In this document: positions 54,201-64,000 of the stretch, one piece after another
Numbering within the stretch: the first letter of the stretch is position 1
How the letters are laid out: each line of letters opens with the position of its first letter
Assembly (NCBI RefSeq): GCF_964204645.1
Contig: NC_134028.1
Location: forward strand, 17,119,653-17,183,652
DNA: 64,000 nucleotides
DNA from: Tubulanus polymorphus
Taxonomy: Eukaryota; Animalia; Nemertea
Direction: 5' to 3'
The notes under the pieces: model-generated
Databases searched by the model: none
What the model saw: only the letters and a program-made list of their open reading frames with translations
What the model was told of the DNA's origin: nothing
Position numbers and translations under genes: made by a program

Positions 54201-57200
54201 TTTGTCGCCTGCGACAATTCACCATTTTAGTTTTGTCACCCGCGACAATTCATTATTTTGGTTTTATCGCCGCGACAATTCATTATTTTAGTTTTATCGC
54301 CCGCGACAATTCATTATTTTGGTTTTGTCGCACCGACAATTCTTTTTTTGGTTTTGTCGCCCGCGACAATTCATTAATTTGGTTTTGTCGCCCGCGTTAA
54401 TTCATTAGTCTGGTTTTGTCGCCCGCGACAATTCAATATTTTGGTTTTGTCGCCCGCGACAATTCAATATTTTGGTTTTATCGCCCGCGACAATTCATTA
54501 CTTTAGTTTTATCTCCAGCGACAATTCATTATTTTGGTTTTGTCGCCAGCGACAATTCACCATTTTGGTTTTGTCGCCCGCGACAATTCACCGATTTGGT
54601 TTTGTCACCCGCGACAATTCATTATTTTGGTTTTATCGCCCGCGACAATTCATTATTTTGGTTTTGTCGCCCCGACAATTCTTTTTTTTGGTTTTGTCGC
54701 CCGCGACAATTCATTATTTTAGTTTTATCGCCCGCGACAATTCAATATTTTGGTTTTATCACCCGCGACAATTCATTATTTTAGTTTTATCGCCCGCGAC
54801 AATTCAATATTTTGGTTTTGTCGCCTGCGACAATTCAATATTTTGGTTTTATCGCCCGCGACAATTCATTATTTTATCAATTCATTTTTTGGATTTGTCG
54901 CCCATGACAATTCAATATTTTGGTTTTATCGCCCGCGACAATTCATTATTTTGGTTTTATCGCCCGCGACAATTCATTATTTTGGTTTTATCGCCCGCGA
55001 CAATTCATTATTTTGGTTTTGTCGCACACGACAATGGCGACAATTCAAGATTTTGGTTTTATCGCCCACGACAATTCAATATTTTGGTTTTATCGCCCGC
55101 GACAATTCATTATTTTGGTTTTATCGCCCGCGACAATTTTTTTCTCTTTTTGTCGCGGTTTTATCGCCTGCGACACTTCAATATTTTGGTTTTATCGCCC
55201 GCAACAATTCATTAATTTGGTTTTGTACTTTGTTTTTGTCGCCCGCGACAATTTTTTTAATGGTTTTGTCGCCCGCGACAATTCAATATTTTGGTTTTAT
55301 CGCCCGCGACAATTCATTATTTTTGTTTTGTCGCCTGCGACAATTCACCATTTTAGTTTTGTCACCCGCGACAATTCATTATTTTGGTTTTATCGCCGCG
55401 ACAATTCATTATTTTAGTTTTATCGCCCGCGACAATTCATTATTTTGGTTTTGTCGCACCGACAATTCTTTTTTTGGTTTTGTCGCCCGCGACAATTCAT
55501 TAATTTGGTTTTGTCGCCCGCGTTAATTCATTAGTCTGGTTTTGTCGCCCGCGACAATTCAATATTTTGGTTTTGTCGCCCGCGACAATTCAATATTTTG
55601 GTTTTATCGCCCGCGACAATTCATTACTTTAGTTTTATCTCCAGCGACAATTCATTATTTTGGTTTTGTCGCCAGCGACAATTCACCATTTTGGTTTTGT
55701 CGCCCGCGACAATTCACCGATTTGGTTTTGTCACCCGCGACAATTCATTATTTTGGTTTTATCGCCCGCGACAATTCATTATTTTGGTTTTGTCGCCCCG
55801 ACAATTCTTTTTTTTGGTTTTGTCGCCCGCGACAATTCATTATTTTAGTTTTATCGCCCGCGACAATTCAATATTTTGGTTTTATCACCCGCGACAATTC
55901 ATTATTTTAGTTTTATCGCCCGCGACAATTCAATATTTTGGTTTTGTCGCCTGCGACAATTCAATATTTTGGTTTTATCGCCCGCGACAATTCATTATTT
56001 TATCAATTCATTTTTTGGATTTGTCGCCCATGACAATTCAATATTTTGGTTTTATCGCCCGCGACAATTCATTATTTTGGTTTTATCGCCCGCGACAATT
56101 CATTATTTTGGTTTTGTCGCACACGACAATGGCGACAATTCAAGATTTTGGTTTTATCGCCCACGACAATTCAATATTTTGGTTTTATCGCCCGCGACAA
56201 TTTTTTTCTCTTTTTGTCGCGGTTTTATCGCCTGCGACAATTCAATATTTTGGTTTTATCGCCCGCAACAATTCATTATTTTGGTTTTGTATTTTGTTTT
56301 TGTCGCCCGCGACAATTTTTTTTAATGGTTTTGTCGCCCGCGACAATTCAATATTTTGGTTTTATCGCCCGCAACAATTCATTATTTTGGTTTTGTATTT
56401 TGTTTTTGTCGCCCGCGACAATTTTTTTTAATGGTTTTGTCGCCCGCGACAATTCAATATTTTAGTTTTATCGACCGCGACAATTCATTATTTTGGTTTT
56501 ATCGCCCGCGACAATTCATTATTTTGGTTTTGTCGCCCCGACAATTCTTTTTTTTGGTTTTGTCGCCGGCGACAATTCATTAGTCTGGTTTTGTCGCCCG
56601 CGACAATTCAATATTTTGGTTTTATCACCCGCGACAATTCATTATTTTGGTTTTGTCGCCCCGACAATTCTTTTTTTTGGTTTTGTCGCCGGCGACAATT
56701 CATTAGTCTGGTTTTATCGCCCACGACAATTCACTACTTTGGTTTTATCGCCAGCGACAATTCATTATTTTGGTTTTATCGCCCGCGACAATTCATTATT
56801 TTGGTTTTGTCGCACACGACAATGGCGACAATTCAAGATTTTGGTTTTATCGCCCACGACAATTCAATATTTTGGTTTTATCGCCCGCGACAATTCATTA
56901 TTTTGGTTTTATCGCCCGCGACAATTTTTTTCTCTTTTTGTCGCGGTTTTATCGCCTGCGACACTTCAATATTTTGGTTTTATCGCCCGCAACAATTCAT
57001 TAATTTGGTTTTGTATTTTGTTTTTGTCGCCCGCGACAATTTTTTTAATGGTTTTGTCGCCCGCGACAATTCAATATTTTGGTTTTATCGCCCGCGACAA
57101 TTCATTATTTTTGTTTTGTCGCCTGCGACAATTCACCATTTTGGTTTTGTCACCCGCGACAATTCATTATTTTGGTTTTATCGCCGCGACAATTCATTAT

Positions 57201-60200
57201 TTTAGTTTTATCGCCCGCGACAATTCATTATTTTGGTTTTGTCGCACCGACAATTCTTTTTTTGGTTTTGTCGCCCGCGACAATTCATTAATTTGGTTTT
57301 GTCGCCCGCGTTAATTCATTAGTCTGGTTTTGTCGCCCGCGACAATTCAATATTTTGGTTTTGTCGCCCGCGACAATTCAATATTTTGGTTTTATCGCCC
57401 GCGACAATTCATTACTTTAGTTTTATCTCCAGCGACAATTCATTATTTTGGTTTTGTCGTCAGCGACAATTCACCATTTTGGTTTTGTCGCCCGCGACAA
57501 TTCACCGATTTGGTTTTGTCACCCGCGACAATTCATTATTTTGGTTTTGTCGCCCCGACAATTCTTTTTTTTGGTTTTGTCGCCCGCGACAATTCATTAT
57601 TTTAGTTTTATCGCCCGCGACAATTCAATATTTTGGTTTTATCACCCGCGACAATTCATTATTTTAGTTTTATCGCCCGCGACAATTCAATATTTTGGTT
57701 TTGTCGCCTGCGACAATTCAATATTTTGGTTTTATCGCCCGCGACAATTCATTATTTTATCAATTCATTTTTTGGATTTGTCGCCCATGACAATTCAATA
57801 TTTTGGTTTTATCGCCCGCGACAATTCATTATTTTGGTTTTATCGCCCGCGACAATTCATTATTTTGGTTTTGTCGCACACGACAATGGCGACAATTCAA
57901 GATTTTGGTTTTATCGCCCACGACAATTCAATATTTTGGTTTTATCGCCCGCGACAATTTTTTTCTCTTTTTGTCGCGGTTTTATCGCCTGCGACAATTC
58001 AATATTTTGGTTTTATCGCCCGCAACAATTCATTATTTTGGTTTTGTATTTTGTTTTTGTCGCCCGCGACAATTTTTTTTAATGGTTTTGTCGCCCGCGA
58101 CAATTCAATATTTTGGTTTTATCGCCCGCAACAATTCATTATTTTGGTTTTGTATTTTGTTTTTGTCGCCCGCGACAATTTTTTTTAATGGTTTTGTCGC
58201 CCGCGACAATTCAATATTTTAGTTTTATCGACCGCGACAATTCATTATTTTGGTTTTATCGCCCGCGACAATTCATTATTTTGGTTTTGTCGCCCCGACA
58301 ATTCTTTTTTTTGGTTTTGTCGCCGGCGACAATTCATTAGTCTGGTTTTGTCGCCCGCGACAATTCAATATTTTGGTTTTATCACCCGCGACAATTCATT
58401 ATTTTGGTTTTGTCGCCCCGACAATTCTTTTTTTTGGTTTTGTCGCCGGCGACAATTCATTAGTCTGGTTTTATCGCCCACGACAATTCACTACTTTGGT
58501 TTTATCGCCAGCGACAATTCATTATTTTGGTTTTATCGCCCGCGACAATTCATTATTTTGGTTTTGTCGCACACGACAATGGCGACAATTCAAGATTTTG
58601 GTTTTATCGCCCACGACAATTCAATATTTTGGTTTTATCGCCCGCGACAATTCATTATTTTGGTTTTATCGCCCGCGACAATTTTTTTCTCTTTTTGTCG
58701 CGGTTTTATCGCCTGCGACACTTCAATATTTTGGTTTTATCGCCCGCAACAATTCATTAATTTGGTTTTGTATTTTGTTTTTGTCGCCCGCGACAATTTT
58801 TTTAATGGTTTTGTCGCCCGCGACAATTCAATATTTTGGTTTTATCGCCCGCGACAATTCATTATTTTTGTTTTGTCGCCTGCGACAATTCACCATTTTG
58901 GTTTTGTCACCCGCGACAATTCATTATTTTGGTTTTATCGCCGCGACAATTCATTATTTTAGTTTTATCGCCCGCGACAATTCATTATTTTGGTTTTGTC
59001 GCACCGACAATTCTTTTTTTGGTTTTGTCGCCCGCGACAATTCATTAATTTGGTTTTGTCGCCCGCGTTAATTCATTAGTCTGGTTTTGTCGCCCGCGAC
59101 AATTCAATATTTTGGTTTTGTCGCCCGCGACAATTCAATATTTTGGTTTTATCGCCCGCGACAATTCATTACTTTAGTTTTATCTCCAGCGACAATTCAT
59201 TATTTTGGTTTTGTCGTCAGCGACAATTCACCATTTTGGTTTTGTCGCCCGCGACAATTCACCGATTTGGTTTTGTCACCCGCGACAATTCATTATTTTG
59301 GTTTTGTCGCCCCGACAATTCTTTTTTTTGGTTTTGTCGCCCGCGACAATTCATTATTTTAGTTTTATCGCCCGCGACAATTCAATATTTTGGTTTTATC
59401 ACCCGCGACAATTCATTATTTTAGTTTTATCGCCCGCGACAATTCAATATTTTGGTTTTGTCGCCCGCGACAATTCAATATTTTGGTTTTATCGCCCGCG
59501 ACAATTCATTATTTTATCAATTCATTTTTTGGATTTGTCGCCCATGACAATTCAATATTTTGGTTTTATCGCCCGCGACAATTCATTATTTTGGTTTTAT
59601 CGCCCGCGACAATTCATTATTTTGGTTTTGTCGCACACGACAATGGCGACAATTCAAGATTTTGGTTTTATCGCCCACGACAATTCAATATTTTGGTTTT
59701 ATCGCCCGCGACAATTCATTATTTTGGTTTTATCGCCCGCGACAATTTTTTTCTCTTTTTGTCGCGGTTTTATCGCCTGCGACAATTCAATATTTTGGTT
59801 TTATCGCCCGCAACAATTCATTATTTTGGTTTTGTATTTTGTTTTTGTCGCCCGCGACAATTTTTTTTAATGGTTTTGTCGCCCGCGACAATTCAATATT
59901 TTGGTTTTATCGCCCGCAACAATTCATTATTTTGGTTTTGTATTTTGTTTTTGTCGCCCGCGACAATTTTTTTTAATGGTTTTGTCGCCCGCGACAATTC
60001 AATATTTTAGTTTTATCGACCGCGACAATTCATTATTTTGGTTTTATCGCCCGCGACAATTCATTATTTTGGTTTTGTCGCCCCGACAATTCTTTTTTTT
60101 GGTTTTGTCGCCGGCGACAATTCATTAGTCTGGTTTTATCGCCCACGACAATTCACTACTTTGGTTTTATCGCCAGCGACAATTCATTATTTTGGTTTTA

Positions 60201-63200
60201 TCGCCCGCGACAATTCATTATTTTGGTTTTGTCGCACACGACAATGGCGACAATTCAAGATTTTGGTTTTATCGCCCACGACAATTCAATATTTTGGTTT
60301 TATCGCCCGCGACAATTCATTATTTTGGTTTTATCGCCCGCGACAATTTTTTTCTCTTTTTGTCGCGGTTTTATCGCCTGCGACACTTCAATATTTTGGT
60401 TTTATCGCCCGCAACAATTCATTAATTTGGTTTTGTATTTTGTTTTTGTCGCCCGCGACAATTTTTTTAATGGTTTTGTCGCCCGCGACAATTCAATATT
60501 TTGGTTTTATCGCCCGCGACAATTCATTATTTTTGTTTTGTCGCCTGCGACAATTCACCATTTTGGTTTTGTCACCCGCGACAATTCATTATTTTGGTTT
60601 TATCGCCGCGACAATTCATTATTTTAGTTTTATCGCCCGCGACAATTCATTATTTTGGTTTTGTCGCACCGACAATTCTTTTTTTGGTTTTGTCGCCCGC
60701 GACAATTCATTAATTTGGTTTTGTCGCCCGCGTTAATTCATTAGTCTGGTTTTGTCGCCCGCGACAATTCAATATTTTGGTTTTGTCGCCCGCGACAATT
60801 CAATATTTTGGTTTTATCGCCCGCGACAATTCATTACTTTAGTTTTATCTCCAGCGACAATTCATTATTTTGGTTTTGTCGTCAGCGACAATTCACCATT
60901 TTGGTTTTGTCGCCCGCGACAATTCACCGATTTGGTTTTGTCACCCGCGACAATTCATTATTTTGGTTTTGTCGCCCCGACAATTCTTTTTTTTGGTTTT
61001 GTCGCCCGCGACAATTCATTATTTTAGTTTTATCGCCCGCGACAATTCAATATTTTGGTTTTGTCGCCTGCGACAATTCAATATTTTGGTTTTATCGCCC
61101 GCGACAATTCATTATTTTATCAATTCATTTTTTGGATTTGTCGCCCATGACAATTCAATATTTTGGTTTTATCGCCCGCGACAATTCATTATTTTGGTTT
61201 TATCGCCCGCGACAATTCATTATTTTGGTTTTGTCGCACACGACAATGGCGACAATTCAAGATTTTGGTTTTATCGCCCACGACAATTCAATATTTTGGT
61301 TTTATCGCCCGCGACAATTCATTATTTTGGTTTTATCGCCCGCGACAATTTTTTTCTCTTTTTGTCGCGGTTTTATCGCCTGCGACAATTCAATATTTTG
61401 GTTTTATCGCCCGCAACAATTCATTATTTTGGTTTTGTATTTTGTTTTTGTCGCCCGCGACAATTTTTTTTAATGGTTTTGTCGCCCGCGACAATTCAAT
61501 ATTTTGGTTTTGTCGCCCGCGACAATTCAATATTTTGGTTTTATCACCCGCGACAATTCATTATTTTGGTTTTGTCGCCCCGACAATTCTTTTTTTTGGT
61601 TTTGTCGCCGGCGACAATTCATTAGTCTGGTTTTATCGCCCACGACAATTCACTACTTTGGTTTTATCGCCAGCGACAATTCATTATTTTGGTTTTGTCG
61701 ACCGCGACAATTCATTATTTTGGTTTTATCGCCCGCGACAATTCATTATTTTGGTTTTGTCACCCGAGACAATTCATCATTTTGGTTTTATCGCCCACGA
61801 CAATTCAATATTTTGGTTTTATCGCCCGCGACAATTCATTATTTTGGTTTTATCGCCCGCGACAATTTTTTTCTCTTTTTGTCGCGGTTTTATCGCCTGC
61901 GACACTTCAATATTTTGGTTTTATCGCCCGCAACAATTCATTAATTTGGTTTTGTATTTTGTTTTTGTCGCCCGCGACAATTTTTTTAATGGTTTTGTCG
62001 CCCGCGACAATTCAATATTTTGGTTTTATCGCCCGCGACAATTCATTATTTTTGTTTTGTCGCCTGCGACAATTCACCATTTTGGTTTTGTCACCCGCGA
62101 CAATTCATTATTTTGGTTTTATCGCCGCGACAATTCATTATTTTAGTTTTATCGCCCGCGACAATTCATTATTTTGGTTTTGTCGCACCGACAATTCTTT
62201 TTTTGGTTTTGTCGCCCGCGACAATTCATTAATTTGGTTTTGTCGCCCGCGTTAATTCATTAGTCTGGTTTTGTCGCCCGCGACAATTCAATATTTTGGT
62301 TTTGTCGCCCGCGACAATTCAATATTTTGGTTTTATCGCCCGCGACAATTCATTACTTTAGTTTTATCTCCAGCGACAATTCATTATTTTGGTTTTGTCG
62401 CCAGCGACAATTCACCATTTTGGTTTTGTCGCCCGCGACAATTCACCGATTTGGTTTTGTCACCCGCGACAATTCATTATTTTGGTTTTATCGCCCGCGA
62501 CAATTCATTATTTTGGTTTTGTCGCCCCGGCAATTCTTTTTTTTGGTTTTGTCGCCCGCGACAATTCATTATTTTAGTTTTATCGCCCGCGACAATTCAA
62601 TATTTTGGTTTTATCACCCGCGACAATTCATTATTTTAGTTTTATCGCCCGCGACAATTCAATATTTTGGTTTTGTCGCCTGCGACAATTCAATATTTTG
62701 GTTTTATCGCCCGCGACAATTCATTATTTTATCAATTCATTTTTTGGATTTGTCGCCCATGACAATTCAATATTTTGGTTTTATCGCCCGCGACAATTCA
62801 TTATTTTGGTTTTATCGCCCGCGACAATTCATTATTTTGGTTTTGTCGCACACGACAATGGCGACAATTCAAGATTTTGGTTTTATCGCCCACGACAATT
62901 CAATATTTTGGTTTTATCGCCCGCGACAATTCATTATTTTGGTTTTATCGCCCGCGACAATTTTTTTCTCTTTTTGTCGCGGTTTTATCGCCTGCGACAA
63001 TTCAATATTTTGGTTTTATCGCCCGCAACAATTCATTATTTTGGTTTTGTATTTTGTTTTTGTCGCCCGCGACAATTTTTTTTAATGGTTTTGTCGCCCG
63101 CGACAATTCAATATTTTGGTTTTATCGCCCGCAACAATTCATTATTTTGGTTTTGTATTTTGTTTTTGTCGCCCGCGACAATTTTTTTTAATGGTTTTGT

Positions 63201-64000
63201 CGCCCGCGACAATTCAATATTTTAGTTTTATCGACCGCGACAATTCATTATTTTGGTTTTATCGCCCGCGACAATTCATTATTTTGGTTTTGTCGCCCCG
63301 ACAATTCTTTTTTTTGGTTTTGTCGCCGGCGACAATTCATTAGTCTGGTTTTGTCGCCCGCGACAATTCAATATTTTGGTTTTATCACCCGCGACAATTC
63401 ATTATTTTGGTTTTGTCGCCCCGACAATTCTTTTTTTTGGTTTTGTCGCCGGCGACAATTCATTAGTCTGGTTTTATCGCCCACGACAATTCACTACTTT
63501 GGTTTTATCGCCAGCGACAATTCATTATTTTGGTTTTGTCGACCGCGACAATTCATTATTTTGGTTTTATCGCCCGCGACAATTCATTATTTTGGTTTTG
63601 TCACCCGAGACAATTCATCATTTTGGTTTTATCGCCCGCGACAATTCACCATTTTGGTTTTGTCGCCCGCGACAATTCACCGTTTTGGTTTTGTCGCCCC
63701 CACAATTCTTTTTTTGGTTTTGTCGCCCGCGACAATTCATTAGTTTGGTTTTGTCGCTTGCGACAATTCATTATTTTGGTTTTGTCGCCCGCGAAAATTC
63801 AATATTTTGGTTTTATCGCCCACGACAATTCACTACTTTGGTTTTATCGCCAGCGACAATTCATTATTTTGGTTTTGTCGACCGCGACAATTCATTATTT
63901 TGGTTTTATCGCCCGCGACAATTCACCATTTTGGTTTTGTCACCCACGACAATTCATTATTTTGGTTTTATCGCCGCGACAATTCATTATTTTAGTTTTA
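47500..64000. repeat. Higher-order repeat domain with an irregular unit of typically 1.5-1.8 kb (about 9 copies)
   Basis: The marker monomer cccgcgttaattc lies just upstream of ORF starts 47592, 49887, 51660, 54416, 55542, 57330, 59087, 60752 and 62271 (spacings 2295, 1773, 2756, 1126, 1788, 1757, 1665, 1519), with a largely conserved order of variant monomers. Confidence 0.88.

Larger units (their letters stand above)
1..64000. repeat. 31-bp tandem satellite array, consensus TTTTGGTTTT(G/A)TCGCCCGCGACAATTCATTA, head-to-tail, roughly 2,000 monomers, extending beyond both window edges
   Basis: The motif ttttggtttt(g/a)tcgcccgcgacaattc recurs every 31 bp from base 1 to 64000 (e.g. ORF starts at 32 and 63; 35152, 35183, 35214). 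A minority of monomers are 29, 30, 40, 44 or 46 bp. No non-repeat sequence was seen. Confidence 0.99.

Noticed and set aside
32-63995. Hundreds of + strand ORFs up to 1317 aa
   Set aside because: They overlap in all three frames with the same 31-aa repeat, start at TTG/CTG-type codons inside the monomer, and shift frame at every 29-, 44- or 46-bp variant with no sign of frame conservation. They are a by-product of a stop-free 31-mer.
1-64000. CRISPR array (palindromic repeat of about 30 bp)
   Set aside because: There are no unique spacers: monomers abut directly, and the variable patch is only 4-5 nt drawn from a small recurring set. No leader or cas genes are present.
1-64000. Rho-independent terminators, REP/BIME elements, integron attC sites or iterons
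   Set aside because: The hairpin plus T-tract resemblance is superficial. There are no genes, cassettes or rep ORF, and about 2,000 contiguous copies do not fit these elements.
1-64000. Telomerase-synthesised telomere or linear mitochondrial terminal repeat
   Set aside because: Variants are inherited in multi-kb duplicated blocks, which indicates recombinational amplification rather than templated addition of a fixed unit. The array length also looks far too great for an organellar terminal repeat.
1-64000. Sequencing concatemer or rolling-circle artefact as the origin of the whole array
   Set aside because: Variants are reproducible and nested hierarchically across distant copies, with conserved homopolymer lengths. 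Random read error on a single template would not give this pattern, although individual large duplications still need read support.
1-64000. Embedded transposon, tRNA/rRNA gene or inversion
   Set aside because: No non-satellite segment or reverse-orientation monomer (CCAAAA-type strand) was seen anywhere on reading through the window.

Overview
The whole 64 kb window is one uninterrupted, head-to-tail tandem satellite array of a 31-bp monomer, consensus TTTTGGTTTT(G/A)TCGCCCGCGACAATTCATTA (roughly 2,000 copies; consensus about 42% GC, + strand strongly T-rich). The array runs off both ends. I see no unique sequence, gene, RNA gene, transposon insertion or orientation switch. Each monomer carries a 16-bp quasi-palindrome (TTGTCGC-CC-GCGACAA). 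Variation is concentrated in the palindrome core, a G/A dimorphic site and a 4-5 nt patch after AATTC, so monomers behave like letters of a variant code. Reading that code shows nested duplications from 62 bp to about 6.7 kb (62, 102, 106, 123, 956/1142, 1577, about 1.5-1.8 kb, 2392, 5520, 6667/6729 bp), dispersed block copies up to 32 kb apart, and three compositional domains. All ORFs in the track are artefacts of a 31-mer that is stop-free on the + strand. The best description is satellite DNA, probably eukaryotic centromeric, pericentromeric or subtelomeric; the organism and function cannot be determined from this window. The most unusual signal is a set of variants that perfect or restore the palindrome. 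I found no evidence for a new gene-encoded system. Offsets were derived from the ORF track and spot-checked by eye, and block boundaries are approximate.
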